A DNA stretch of 64,000 nt from an uncultured Synergistales bacterium (GTDB lineage Bacteria > Synergistota > Synergistia > Synergistales > JAFGMB01): positions 10,834 through 74,833 of the forward strand of contig CAYPIU010000005.1 of assembly GCA_964410915.1 (NCBI GenBank), in the 5' to 3' direction. Below the pieces are notes generated by a model, which saw only the letters and a program-made list of their open reading frames with translations, did not search any database and had not been told where the DNA came from. Numbering within the stretch: the stretch's first letter is position 1; each line of letters starts with the position of its first letter. Shown here piece by piece: positions 28,067 through 38,143 of this stretch. A program made the position numbers and the translations under genes.

Positions 28067-28381
28067 TTGGCTGCCAAAAAGATCCCTGCAGGAACCTGGG
28101 TACAGATCGAGACCGTTGTTCTTGAAGCAGGAAACAGGGCTGAGCATCTCCCGGAAGATACTAAAAGCCATCCTTTACAAATGTGGGTTAAGGGTTACCT
28201 TGGAGAAGAAGCACAAATTGGAGATATCGTAACAATAGAAACAATAATAGGACGGCACCTCCAGGGTAAACTTATTGCTGAAAACCCTCCATATAAACAT
28301 AATTTTGGTCGTGCGATTCCCGAACTCCTCTCTGTAGGAGCTGAACTTCGTAACCTTATCAGAATGGGGGAAGAAAAATGA
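28067..28381 (+). CDS. ortA: 2-amino-4-ketopentanoate thiolase alpha subunit
   Basis: GTWVQI..VVL..G.RA.HLPEDTK..PL.MWVKG, ENPPYKHNFG..IPELL pattern. Confidence 0.92.
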   Translation: MAAKKIPAGTWVQIETVVLEAGNRAEHLPEDTKSHPLQMWVKGYLGEEAQIGDIVTIETIIGRHLQGKLIAENPPYKHNFGRAIPELLSVGAELRNLIRMGEEK

Positions 28382-29787
28382 CCGGTAAAAGCTATAGTGA
28401 AGTAATGGCAAGAAAAAACTCTATAATGAAAAAAGCTCTTGGACTCGACTATGAAGAATTTGAGGGTAAGGGGCTGCGTTTTGACTACGAAGGCATGATG
28501 GAAAAAGCCGGTTACTCCATCGAAGAGGTACGAAAGATACAACAGGAAACAAACGTCGGGAACACCCCTCTGATCGAGCTCAGAAATTTAACCGCTGCAG
28601 CAAGGGCCCTTGCTGCACCCGGGAAAGGCGCAAGGATCTTTGTCAAGGATGAAGCAAGCAATCCTTCCGGGAGTTTTAAGGCCAGGCGAGCTTCCGTTTC
28701 ATGCTATTATGCCGCAGAAAAAGGATACAAGGGCGTTATAGCTGCAACAAGCGGTAATTATGGAGCCGCAGTGGCATCACAGGCAAATATGAGAAATCTT
28801 AAGACCATAATAGTACAGGAACTCTTTGACAGCAGGGGTATAGGTCAACCCGAGATACTTGAAAAGGGTAGAAAATGTGAAGCTTATGGATCGGAAGTTT
28901 TACAGTTAACAGTAGGGCCTGAACTTTTTTATACTTTTCTTCTGACCCTCGAAGAAACAGGATATTTTAATGCATCGCTCTATACTCCCTTTGGAATAGC
29001 AGGAATTGAAACTCTTGGTTACGAATTGACAGAACAGGTCAGGGCAAGATGCGGAAAAGACCCTGATGCTGTTCTGGTAACACATGCTGGAGGGGGGAAT
29101 CTTACCGGAACTGCAAGAGGGCTTGCTAAAGCCGGAGCAACCGATACAAAACTTATAGGTGCCTCTGTTGATCTTACGGGACTCCATATGGCAAGTGATA
29201 ATGACTTTAACAGAAAATCATTTACCACTGGACACACGGGCTTTGGAGTTCCATTTGCTACCTGGCCTGACAGGGCTGATGTACCAAGAAATGCCGCAAG
29301 GCCACTGAGATATATGGACCGATACGTTACGATCTCCCAGGGAGAGGTCTTTTATATTACTGAAGCTCTTGCTCAACTCGAAGGTATGGAAAGAGGACCT
29401 GCCGGAAATACATCCCTGACAGCTGCTTTTGCAATTGCCCAGGAGATGGATGAAGATGAAGTTCTTGTAGTTCAGGAAACTGAATATACTGGCGCTGGTA
29501 AACATTTGACTGCTCAACTTACTTTTGCACGGGAAAACGGAATAGATATAAGACGGGGAGATCCTTCAGATCAGGTCCCCGGTAAAAACATCATAATCCC
29601 GGAAAAAGCATCCATGATAAGTGTAAAAGAAATTGAACTTGACAAATTACGTAAATCCTATATCCGTAATTCTCTAAAACACAACGATATTGAACCGGGA
29701 ACACTTGAAGATGAAGATATTGAATTCCTCGCAGAAGAAGTAAGTAAGGATATTTCCTTTATAAACAAGACACTTAAGGAAATGTAA
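28378..29787 (+). CDS. ortB: 2-amino-4-ketopentanoate thiolase beta subunit (PLP)
   Basis: SYSEVMARKNSIMK, KDEASNPSGSFKARRA, ATSGNYGAA, ERGPAGNTS, QETEYTGAGKH; overlaps the ortA stop. Confidence 0.94.
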   Translation: MTGKSYSEVMARKNSIMKKALGLDYEEFEGKGLRFDYEGMMEKAGYSIEEVRKIQQETNVGNTPLIELRNLTAAARALAAPGKGARIFVKDEASNPSGSFKARRASVSCYYAAEKGYKGVIAATSGNYGAAVASQANMRNLKTIIVQELFDSRGIGQPEILEKGRKCEAYGSEVLQLTVGPELFYTFLLTLEETGYFNASLYTPFGIAGIETLGYELTEQVRARCGKDPDAVLVTHAGGGNLTGTARGLAKAGATDTKLIGASVDLTGLHMASDNDFNRKSFTTGHTGFGVPFATWPDRADVPRNAARPLRYMDRYVTISQGEVFYITEALAQLEGMERGPAGNTSLTAAFAIAQEMDEDEVLVVQETEYTGAGKHLTAQLTFARENGIDIRRGDPSDQVPGKNIIIPEKASMISVKEIELDKLRKSYIRNSLKHNDIEPGTLEDEDIEFLAEEVSKDISFINKTLKEM

Positions 29788-29831
29788 ATTAAACAGGCAG
29801 GGGACATTCCCTGTCCCCTGCCTGTTTAATT
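29787..29831. terminator. Bidirectional terminator between convergent ortB and xth
   Basis: 20-bp stem aattaaacaggcaggggaca-ttccc-tgtcccctgcctgtttaatt. Confidence 0.8.
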
Positions 29832-29844
29832 GTAAAAAAATGGA

Positions 29845-30639
29845 CTAAACTCCAGGAATGTCAAAAACCGAAACGACCGGAGTATGATCAGATGGTTTCT
29901 CCCATGACCTGGGATCCCTGTCAACATAGCAGTCAAGACACATCCCGCTTAAAGGCTCAGTGGCAAGAACGTGGTCTATTCTCCATCCTATATTTCGCTT
30001 CAATGAATCTTTTACCCTGTAATCCCAGAAAGAAAACTCTCCTTCACCTGGCCTGAATTTTCTAAAAACATCTGTGAATCTTGTACCCCTTACACTTTCA
30101 AAAACAGACTTGACATCTTCATGAAAACAGACATGGTTTTTTTTCGTCTCGGGTTTTGTTACGTCAAGATCACTTGGAGCCACATTCAGATCTCCAACCC
30201 ACAAAATATTTTCTTCCGTTGAATAATTTGTGTTTACAACGTCACCTATCCTCTTGAGAAATGATAGTTTGTATTTGTAATTCTCATGTTCTATTGATTT
30301 ACCCTGTGGGACATATGCATTGATAAGGGATATTGAAGCTATCTTCGCCTGGATCAGTCTTGTTTCACCTGAAGGAATGCTTCCGTCCCCAAAACCGTAA
30401 ACAACATTTTCAAGTGGATATCTACTTGCTATAGCAACCCCGTTATATCCCTTTTCTCCTCTGAAGGCCACTTTATATCCCTTTTCTTCAAAAAAGTCTG
30501 TCGGGAATGTCTGATCCTGTGTTTTTGTCTCCTGAAGGCACAGAATATCAATATCTTTCTGAGAAAGCCACTTATCGAGAATATGGAGTCTGCTCCTTAC
30601 CGAATTAACATTGAAAGTTGCCACATTGATAACTCCCAT
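29845..30639 (-). CDS. xth: Exodeoxyribonuclease III
   Basis: ATFNVNSVR, LQETK, GYNGVAI, GDLNVA, GWRIDH, SDHTPV. Confidence 0.95.
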   Translation of the reverse strand: MGVINVATFNVNSVRSRLHILDKWLSQKDIDILCLQETKTQDQTFPTDFFEEKGYKVAFRGEKGYNGVAIASRYPLENVVYGFGDGSIPSGETRLIQAKIASISLINAYVPQGKSIEHENYKYKLSFLKRIGDVVNTNYSTEENILWVGDLNVAPSDLDVTKPETKKNHVCFHEDVKSVFESVRGTRFTDVFRKFRPGEGEFSFWDYRVKDSLKRNIGWRIDHVLATEPLSGMCLDCYVDRDPRSWEKPSDHTPVVSVFDIPGV

Positions 30640-30736
30640 TATCTAAAAACCCCCTTTATCCTTAAAAACGTGTAAAATCAATTGTAAGATATAATGTGAA
30701 AATAATAAATCGTGCCGGTAGAAAGGATCCTGTCTG

Positions 30737-31771
30737 ATGGAGAGAAAAACTAAAATACTTCTGTTGATCCTGGCAGGAGTTCTTGCCGGATCTTTCACTG
30801 GGATGCATCTGATAGTCGGCCTATCCTGGACTGACTCTGTTTATTATACAGTTATCACCCTGTCCACTGTGGGTTTTGAAGCACCAGAAGGCCTCACACC
30901 AACGGGGAAATTGTTTATTGCGTTCATAATAATAACCGGCATCGGTTTTGCAGGTTACATACTGGGTAACCTGACACAGATCTTGATCGAAGAGAAACTT
31001 ATCCTCTCAATGGGGAAAGGCGGGGACAAAAGGATGAAAGAATTGAAGAACCACTGGATCATATGCGGGCTTGGGAGATACGGATACAGGGTTACATCCC
31101 TGCTTTCAGATGAAAATATTCCATTTGTAGCTATAGAGATCGATGAAGACCGGGTATCGGATGCAAGAGAGAAAAATATGCTTGTCCTTCAGGGAGATGC
31201 CACTGAAGAGGAGATCCTCCAGGAAGCTGGAATAGAAAAAGCGGAAGGAATGATAATCGCACTTGAAGATGAAGCAGATATCGTTTATACAACTCTTACT
31301 TCCAGAGCAATAAAAAAAGAACTTCGAATAATTGCCAGAGCAAGCGACACACAGGGAGTGGAAATGCTTTACAGGGCCGGGGCGGACAAAGTCATTAACC
31401 CTGTAATGGCAGGAGCTGCTTCAATGGTAAGAGCCTCACTTCAACCTTCTGTTGCAGATTTTCTCGAGCTTGTGAACATTTCAAGAAAACTTGACCTTGA
31501 TTTTGGAACTTTAACAATACACAAGGACAGTTATATGGTCGGTCAGACTCTCTCAAAAGCACCTATCCGATCAGAATACCGGACTACCGTAATTGCAATA
31601 ATGAAACCAGGAGGAGATGTTATATATAATCCTGAAGGAAGTTACATGATCGAAGAAAATGACAGATTGATAATCTTTGGGGAAAGACATCAGATGTCCA
31701 GATTAAGGGAAGATGTTGCCTGTGTAACATGCTCCGAAACTATCGAAACAAAGGAAAAGACGGGAGAATAA
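30737..31771 (+). CDS. Potassium channel family protein (ion-transport pore + TrkA-N/TrkA-C)
   Basis: TLSTVGF filter-like motif, CGLGRYG Rossmann motif, GDAT, C-terminal RCK_C. Confidence 0.9.
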   Translation: MERKTKILLLILAGVLAGSFTGMHLIVGLSWTDSVYYTVITLSTVGFEAPEGLTPTGKLFIAFIIITGIGFAGYILGNLTQILIEEKLILSMGKGGDKRMKELKNHWIICGLGRYGYRVTSLLSDENIPFVAIEIDEDRVSDAREKNMLVLQGDATEEEILQEAGIEKAEGMIIALEDEADIVYTTLTSRAIKKELRIIARASDTQGVEMLYRAGADKVINPVMAGAASMVRASLQPSVADFLELVNISRKLDLDFGTLTIHKDSYMVGQTLSKAPIRSEYRTTVIAIMKPGGDVIYNPEGSYMIEENDRLIIFGERHQMSRLREDVACVTCSETIETKEKTGE

Positions 31772-31817
31772 ATGGGATAGAACAATTTCATCTATTCTCC
31801 CGAACATTATAATATGG

Positions 31818-32807
31818 TCAGTCCAGAATATAATCCTCTCGGTTAACTTTGCCCGCGATCCTGTCTCCTTTGAGAAATACTGCTACATTTTTACCCGCCA
31901 TTTCAACAGCTTTTTCAACTGCACCCTCAACATTATTGGAATTGTGTGGAGAACCTATAAAGTTATCAAGGTCAAAAAATGGATAGTTTATATTGAAATC
32001 AGAATTACTCCAGGATGGTTCCTCCCACCACACATCGAGCCCCGCCATAAATTCAGGATTTTCAGCAAGATGCTCATAAAGCGCCTGTTCATCGATCAGT
32101 GGAGCCCTTGCCACATTAATAATAACTGCATCTTTCTTCATCATCTGTAACTCTTTCCTGCCGATCAGGCCTCTGGTATATTTAGTAAGAGGAAGTGAAA
32201 GAAGCACAACATCCGAACTGGATAGAAGATCTTCCAGATCTGACATCCTACCTATTTTATCAATGTTCTCATTGCTTTCCCCAGTGGTATTAAGGGCATA
32301 AACATTCATTCCAATACTTTTCATGAGTCTTGCTGTATGTTTTCCTATTCCACCGAAACCTATGACACCAAAAGTTTTCCCGGCGAGATTCCTCAAAATA
32401 AAAGCATCCCTGTTAAAATCTCCCCTGGCAAGTCGTTGATGCTGAGGTATAAGTCTTTTATACAAAGCCATAGCCATGGCAACTGAATGTTCAGCTATCT
32501 GGTAGGCCCATCCTCCTGCATTCGAGGCGATCTCTATATGGGAGGGTATTTCTGTAAACGGAAGATAATCGACCCCTGCTGAAATAGTCTGAAGAAGACG
32601 TAAGTTTTTTAGTAGTTCATATTCCTCTTGTTGAATTTCTCTGTTAAAAAAGAAAGAAACAAGGACATCTGCATTTTCAAGGACTTTTTCTCTTGAGTTG
32701 ACATCATCCAGAAAGATAATTTCAGCTGATGAACCTGCTGATCCTTCGAATATCTTTTTAGCCTCATCTTTCATTCTGGCACTTACAACAACCTTAGCTC
32801 CAGTCAT
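31818..32807 (-). CDS. D-isomer-specific 2-hydroxyacid dehydrogenase
   Basis: SAGVD, IAEH, GFGGIG, LPLTKYTRGLI, INVARAPLIDE, GLDVWW.EP, SPH. Confidence 0.92.
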   Translation of the reverse strand: MTGAKVVVSARMKDEAKKIFEGSAGSSAEIIFLDDVNSREKVLENADVLVSFFFNREIQQEEYELLKNLRLLQTISAGVDYLPFTEIPSHIEIASNAGGWAYQIAEHSVAMAMALYKRLIPQHQRLARGDFNRDAFILRNLAGKTFGVIGFGGIGKHTARLMKSIGMNVYALNTTGESNENIDKIGRMSDLEDLLSSSDVVLLSLPLTKYTRGLIGRKELQMMKKDAVIINVARAPLIDEQALYEHLAENPEFMAGLDVWWEEPSWSNSDFNINYPFFDLDNFIGSPHNSNNVEGAVEKAVEMAGKNVAVFLKGDRIAGKVNREDYILD

Positions 32808-33066
32808 TGGACCTTCACTCTCCTTTCATGAGTAACCTGTGCTGGACTACGAATAATACATCCAATAATAACGTAATTCAAGTATTCAGGATCTCGCTCA
32901 TTCTGTCCATTGCTAAATGGTCAAGATTAGAAGACAGAGATCAAAAGATAATCATACAATGTTATGACATTTCATCCCGGTAGAGTTTTACTGCTTGCTA
33001 TAGATAAAAGTTATTATTATAATAAATATCAAACGAGTTTAATTCAATTATAAGGAGTGGTCCTCT

Positions 33067-33537
33067 ATGGCAGAATGCTTTGAAATGAAAAAAGCACTGA
33101 TCTATGGTATTAAGGCAGAGATAGAAGCTAAGGAATTTTACAGTAAGTGGTCTGAGAATGTTTCCGAGGAACATTACAAGAAGGAGCTTAGTGAACTATC
33201 TGACTGGGAAGGAGAACACGAAGAAAGCCTCAAAAACTACTACAAGGTAATGTACGACGAAGAACCCCAGATAGATCCGAATATGATAGTAGCGCCTGAA
33301 CTGAAAGTACAGACCAGGGATTTCCAGGATACAACTTCACTTCTGAGAATAGCTTCAGCAGCTTATCTTTCAGAATTGAGAGCAAATGAATTTTACACAA
33401 GGCTTGCAAAAGAATCAGAGGGAGAAACGAAGGTCATGTTTGAAAAACTGGCAGAAATGGAAAAAGGTCATATGGAAACCACCAAGGCAAGATACATGAA
33501 GATTCGTGAAGATGTCGTAGGTTTTCACGCATTCTGA
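33067..33537 (+). CDS. Rubrerythrin/ferritin-like di-iron protein
   Basis: Two E..A..FY and E..H repeats (EIEAKEFY/EGEH, ELRANEFY/EKGH). Confidence 0.85.
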   Translation: MAECFEMKKALIYGIKAEIEAKEFYSKWSENVSEEHYKKELSELSDWEGEHEESLKNYYKVMYDEEPQIDPNMIVAPELKVQTRDFQDTTSLLRIASAAYLSELRANEFYTRLAKESEGETKVMFEKLAEMEKGHMETTKARYMKIREDVVGFHAF

Positions 33538-33564
33538 TAATACCGGTATAGATCTGAAAAAAAC

Positions 33565-33599
33565 AAAAAAGGGGCGGGGAAACCCGCCCTATATTTTTT
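33565..33599. terminator. Bidirectional terminator between convergent genes
   Basis: gggcggg-gaaa-cccgccc flanked by A- and T-runs. Confidence 0.7.
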
Positions 33600-35070
33600 C
33601 CCGAAGTTTTCTCCTGAGAATTTTCCCTGTAGCAGAAAGGGGGAAACTGTCAAGAAATTCTACCTTCCTTGGTACTTTAAAATGAGCAAGCTCATTCTTG
33701 CAATATGAGATAATATCCCTTTCTTTTATCGAAGAACCTTCTTCTCTCATTATAAAAGCCTTTACCACTTCTCCATTTACAGGGTGCGGCATTCCTATGG
33801 CAACTGCTGCAGATACACCGTCTATACCATTGAGCACAGCTTCAACTTCCTGGGGATACACGTTAAATCCACCGACTATAATGATATCCGTAGCCCTATC
33901 AAGAATCGTCACATACCCTTCATCATCAAAGTTTACAACATCTCCTGTATTGAACCACCCATCCTGAAATCTCTCATCGGTAAGCTCCGGAGCTCGAAAA
34001 TATTCTCCACCCACTGATGGCCCCTTAACCCACATAACTCCATCCTGTCCATCAGGCAGCAATTTGCCGGACAGATCACGGATCTCTTTGCTGTAACCGG
34101 ATATTAGTGGACCCACAGTACCCAGTTTCCTGCTGGCATAGGACCTGTTAACGCAGACAACGGGAGAACATTCTGTAAGTCCATATCCTTCGAGGACTCC
34201 CACTCCCATATTTTCTCTGACCTTATCATCAAGCTGAACATTCAGGCGGTCTCCTCCGGTGACTATAAGCTTTAATGGTTTTTCAAGACATACACCGGTA
34301 TTTTTTATCGTACCAAGCATAAAAGAAAGCATCGCAGGAACGACAATGAGACTGGTAACACCAGCTTTATTGATCACCTCGATAGTTTTGCTTGGCGGCA
34401 TAAAGGAAGGAAGAAGGACCTGGTGCATTCCACAAATTAAAGGTAGTATCCCCGAAACTGTATAACCGAAGGAATGAAAATTGGGAAGTACGTTCAACAG
34501 GATATCTCCCTCTTCCATTTCTTCAACAGAATTAAAAACCGTTACAGCATTATCAGCTAAATTGGAATGATATAGAGGAACTGCTTTGGGGAGTCCGGTA
34601 GTACCCGAGGTTGCAAATATTATGGCAAGAGAAGGATCCGATTTATGTTCCCCCTGACCACCTTCATATGTGGGAAAGGGCTTATCCCAGGATGAAAAAA
34701 CCACCATAAAACCACTTGAAGCAAGGCTTTCACCTAATTCGGTCATATCTTCACTTATTATTACACCATGTGGATCTATCAGCTCAAGGGTCTTTGCAAG
34801 TGAAGCTGAACCAGCCCTGGCATTCAGAGTTGAAACTGTTCCGCCTTTTCCCCATACAGCCAGTGAAATCGCAAGGACCATGGGAGAATTGGGCAGCAGA
34901 ACAGCAAGCCTGTCTCCAGAGGAAAACCCCGATGCCGAAAGTCTTTCGCTGCAGGCTTGTACAAGATCAATAAAATCCTGATTTACCCACCATTTATCTC
35001 TCCACCAGAATATCTTTTCCTCAGGATCCTTTTCCAAACGTTTAAAAATTGTCTTTTCAAGTCTTTCCAA
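33589..35070 (-). CDS. AMP-binding enzyme (long-chain acyl-CoA synthetase-like)
   Basis: ATSGTTGLPKAV, EGYGLTECSP, GWFNTGD, DRATDII..GGFNVYPQEVE, SATGKI. TTG start at 35070 after GAGGAGG. Confidence 0.92.
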   Translation of the reverse strand: MERLEKTIFKRLEKDPEEKIFWWRDKWWVNQDFIDLVQACSERLSASGFSSGDRLAVLLPNSPMVLAISLAVWGKGGTVSTLNARAGSASLAKTLELIDPHGVIISEDMTELGESLASSGFMVVFSSWDKPFPTYEGGQGEHKSDPSLAIIFATSGTTGLPKAVPLYHSNLADNAVTVFNSVEEMEEGDILLNVLPNFHSFGYTVSGILPLICGMHQVLLPSFMPPSKTIEVINKAGVTSLIVVPAMLSFMLGTIKNTGVCLEKPLKLIVTGGDRLNVQLDDKVRENMGVGVLEGYGLTECSPVVCVNRSYASRKLGTVGPLISGYSKEIRDLSGKLLPDGQDGVMWVKGPSVGGEYFRAPELTDERFQDGWFNTGDVVNFDDEGYVTILDRATDIIIVGGFNVYPQEVEAVLNGIDGVSAAVAIGMPHPVNGEVVKAFIMREEGSSIKERDIISYCKNELAHFKVPRKVEFLDSFPLSATGKILRRKLREKI

Positions 35071-35108
35071 AACTTTTCCCCTCCTCAAATGATTGTTTTA
35101 CCATCCCT

Positions 35109-35540
35109 TTATTGAATTTCCGATTCTCTGACAAGATACCCTGAAATATCAAAAGGAAGTAATGCAAAATCAGTGTCCATTGAAAGGGATCCCGGATCTT
35201 TAACGATATCCTGAAGTCCCCTGCATCTGAAAGGAACAATATTCTGCATATCTCCATCCATACATGTTAGAGGGGCAGAATATCCTTTCTGACAAATGGA
35301 TATACCCGGAACATTTTCTATATATTTCCTGAACATATTTAACTCGGAGAGCGTAAAAAACTCATCTACATATCCCTTGGCGATCGAAGCCTGATATGAG
35401 TTCATATCATCTAAACCGCTTATAAGATCATTATAGGGAGCAAGTCTTATCCTTTCCGCTCTTAAGGGGATCCATAAGATTTTACTCTGTCCATTTCCAA
35501 TCTCTGTAACATTACTCCACGCACGATAAAGTTCTACCAT
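35109..35540 (-). CDS. Hypothetical protein (143 aa)
   Basis: ORF with AGGAGG RBS, co-oriented with its neighbours; no family recognised. Confidence 0.7.
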   Translation of the reverse strand: MVELYRAWSNVTEIGNGQSKILWIPLRAERIRLAPYNDLISGLDDMNSYQASIAKGYVDEFFTLSELNMFRKYIENVPGISICQKGYSAPLTCMDGDMQNIVPFRCRGLQDIVKDPGSLSMDTDFALLPFDISGYLVRESEIQ

Positions 35541-35572
35541 ACCTACAAATTCCTCCTGTTAAGGAAAGTTTC

Positions 35573-36766
35573 CTATCCACCCGGGGATTTGTCCCTTAAG
35601 TAGTTAAAACATAATTGAGCAAGCATCCCTGAAGCATCTGGTATAACTTTTTCTTCTATATCAAAGCGGGAATGATGAAGGGGGAAATTCTTTTTATCAT
35701 TAAATCCCGTACCAAGCATAAAGTAACATCCGGGTCTTTTCTGAAGGAAATACGAAAAGTCATCAACTCCCATTGAGGGGGAATCAAGCTGAACAACACT
35801 TGAGACTCCAAGATATTCCGCTGCTGAAGAACTGACTAGAAGAGTCATTTCAGGATCATTAAAAAGTGCCGGATAACCTTCTGTAAACTCGACTTCGCCT
35901 GTCCCTCCCATGGACTCTGCCGTAAGAGAAACAATTTTCTCAAGCTCGGCCCTCAGGAAAGGACGGTTCAATGGTTCGAGAGTCCTTATTATGCCGGAAA
36001 ATGAGACCTCGTCAGCAATGATATTCCTTGCCGAACCTCCCGATATAGTTCCTATAGTTATTACCGCTGATTCAAGAGGAGATACTCTCCTGCTCACAAG
36101 CTGCTGGATTATACTTATTATCCTGTTTGAGATAACTATGGCATCAGTACCCTTTTCAGGTTCAGCTCCGTGAGACGAAAAACCCTTCACATTTACATCG
36201 AACATATCCGCAGCTGCTCTCATCCTGCCAGCTTTGCAACCAACCATACCTGCATGAATATCAGGAGTAACGTGAAGCGAGAAAACAGAATCAACATATG
36301 GATCTTCAAGTACTCCTTCATTTATCATTATTTCCGCTCCGCCAGTCGTTTCCTCAGCAGGCTGAAAAATGAACTTTACATTTCCCCTCAATTGCTCTCT
36401 CATGGAAGAGAGAATGCCAGCAAGTCCAAGTATAATGGCCATATGTGCATCATGACCGCAGGCATGCATTTTCCCAATATTTCTGGATATATATGGAACA
36501 TTGCTCTTTTCTGTAACTGGAAGAGCATCCATATCTGCCCTTAGTGCAACGGTAGGACCTTCAGAATTACCCTTCAAAAGCGCAGTGACTCCATTACATG
36601 GAGTGATTTCACCCTTTATGCCTGACTTTTCAAGAATAGTACATATCTGGAGGGCTGTCTCCTTAACATCAAAATCCGTTTCAGGATACATGTGAAACCA
36701 TCTTCTGATATCTATCAGGTCATTAGTCTTCTGCCGGGCCAATTCTCTTATTCTTTCAGTATACAA
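35573..36766 (-). CDS. M20D-family amidohydrolase
   Basis: LRADMDALP, MHACGHDAH, FQPAEE, HGAEPEKG, GVDDFS, HHSRF. Confidence 0.92.
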   Translation of the reverse strand: MYTERIRELARQKTNDLIDIRRWFHMYPETDFDVKETALQICTILEKSGIKGEITPCNGVTALLKGNSEGPTVALRADMDALPVTEKSNVPYISRNIGKMHACGHDAHMAIILGLAGILSSMREQLRGNVKFIFQPAEETTGGAEIMINEGVLEDPYVDSVFSLHVTPDIHAGMVGCKAGRMRAAADMFDVNVKGFSSHGAEPEKGTDAIVISNRIISIIQQLVSRRVSPLESAVITIGTISGGSARNIIADEVSFSGIIRTLEPLNRPFLRAELEKIVSLTAESMGGTGEVEFTEGYPALFNDPEMTLLVSSSAAEYLGVSSVVQLDSPSMGVDDFSYFLQKRPGCYFMLGTGFNDKKNFPLHHSRFDIEEKVIPDASGMLAQLCFNYLRDKSPGG

Positions 36767-36840
36767 AACGCCTTCCTCCCGGGATATACACTATAAAAAC
36801 TTCATGGGGGTTGAACCACATGGTTTAAACATGTATAGTA

Positions 36841-36856
36841 AACCCCTATAGGGTAT
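36841..36856. promoter_or_regulatory. Candidate CsoR/RcnR-type operator
   Basis: Minus strand reads ATACCCTATAGGGGTT, directly after a TTGAAC-17-TATAGT promoter-like pair, upstream of trx-ccdA. Confidence 0.35.
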
Positions 36857-36983
36857 AGTTTTTTCAAAACAAGATCTTGTTAACAGGCTTCTATTATTAC
36901 ATACAGTTGGTATAATGTTAAAGTGAGTTGTCTTGCTTTGGTAGAAAGATAACATCTTAATCTATAGAACTGGAGGTTGTGGA

Positions 36984-37394
36984 ATGGATAAAAAGACAAG
37001 GATCATAATTCTTGCTATAGTAGCTCTGGCTGTAATTGCCACTTTCATGCTCAAAGAAAAAGACACCGGCGAAAATATTATCAGTGAACAAAAGGAATTA
37101 CCTGTACTTCTTGATCTCAGCATGAAGACCTGACCTGCATGTAAAGAAATGAAAGGAATTCTGGCAGAATTCCAGAAAGATCATGAAGACAAAATCGAGA
37201 TAAGGCTCATTGATGTATGGAAAAACCCTGATGCTGGAGAAAAGTATAAGATCAGAGTCGTTCCCACACTTATCTTCCTTGACCCCTCCGGTAAAGAACT
37301 GTACAGACAGGAAGGGATCATGACTTCCGAAGATTTATTAAAAAAATGGGAAGAACTTGGTTATAACATAACATCTACGGAAGACGGGATCTGA
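36984..37394 (+). CDS. Membrane-anchored selenocysteine thioredoxin (UPAC motif), 136 aa
   Basis: ATG 36984 after GGAGG. In-frame TGA at 37131-37133 reads ...SMKT-U-PAC-KEM and is in frame with ORF 37149..37394 (cis-Pro VVPTLIF). SECIS-like hairpin at 37155-37173. Confidence 0.9.
37155..37173 (+). promoter_or_regulatory. Bacterial SECIS-like hairpin
   Basis: ggaattct-ggc-agaattcc; the apical loop starts with GG, 29 nt after the UGA. Confidence 0.7.
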
Positions 37395-37396
37395 TC

Positions 37397-38098
37397 ATGG
37401 GTGAAATACTGAATACTGTTTATTCAGCTCTACAGGGTGGTGGGACATTAGTTCTTGGAGCATCTTTTCTCTGGGGTATAATAGGTATGCTCTTCAGTCC
37501 ATGCAGCCTCATAGCAATTCCCCTGGTAATTGGCTATATAGAATCCCAGGAAGAAAAGACAACCTCCAGCGCAGCCCTGATATCTTTAGCTTTCTCCCTG
37601 GGAATATTTATAAATATCGCGATCGTGGGCACTGTTATCGCTTCCGCAGGAACCTTAATGGCAGATCTTTCAAGAATTACAAATTATATTGTGGCTGTCA
37701 TTTTTATTCTTTTCGGGCTTCACCTTATGGAAGTGATCAGGATACCCTGGATAAACCTCAAAGGAATGAGTATAAAAAGATCAAGGGGACTCTTCGGTGC
37801 ATGGCTTCTCGGCACCTTCTCCGGAATGGCTATAGGTCCCTGTTCCTTTGCATATCTTGCCCCAATGCTTGTTCTGGCAATGAAAGCAGCAACAGGTAAT
37901 TTTTTATTTGCCTTTCTTATGGTATTAATGTATGCACTGGGCAATTGTCTGATAATTATTATTGCGGGAACATCAGCAGGTTTCGTAACGAGGTATATGA
38001 ACTTTGGTGAAAATTCCAATTTTACCCTGATAATGAACCGTATTTTTGGCGTTATTCTTATACTGGTTTCTCTATATTTTATTTACAGTGCTCCTTAA
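37397..38098 (+). CDS. ccdA: Cytochrome c biogenesis / DsbD-type transmembrane electron carrier CcdA
   Basis: FSPCSLIAIP and IGPCSFAY redox Cys pair, six TM segments; starts 2 bp after the thioredoxin stop. Confidence 0.9.
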   Translation: MGEILNTVYSALQGGGTLVLGASFLWGIIGMLFSPCSLIAIPLVIGYIESQEEKTTSSAALISLAFSLGIFINIAIVGTVIASAGTLMADLSRITNYIVAVIFILFGLHLMEVIRIPWINLKGMSIKRSRGLFGAWLLGTFSGMAIGPCSFAYLAPMLVLAMKAATGNFLFAFLMVLMYALGNCLIIIIAGTSAGFVTRYMNFGENSNFTLIMNRIFGVILILVSLYFIYSAP

Positions 38099-38143
38099 TA
38101 AAAGATATTCCAAAATTCTTGAAAGGATCAGGGAAAGACAATA

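Noticed and set aside
37149-37394. 81-aa standalone ORF, and likewise 61719..62075 and 62298..62483 as separate genes
   Set aside because: These are fragments of UGA-recoded selenoprotein genes.
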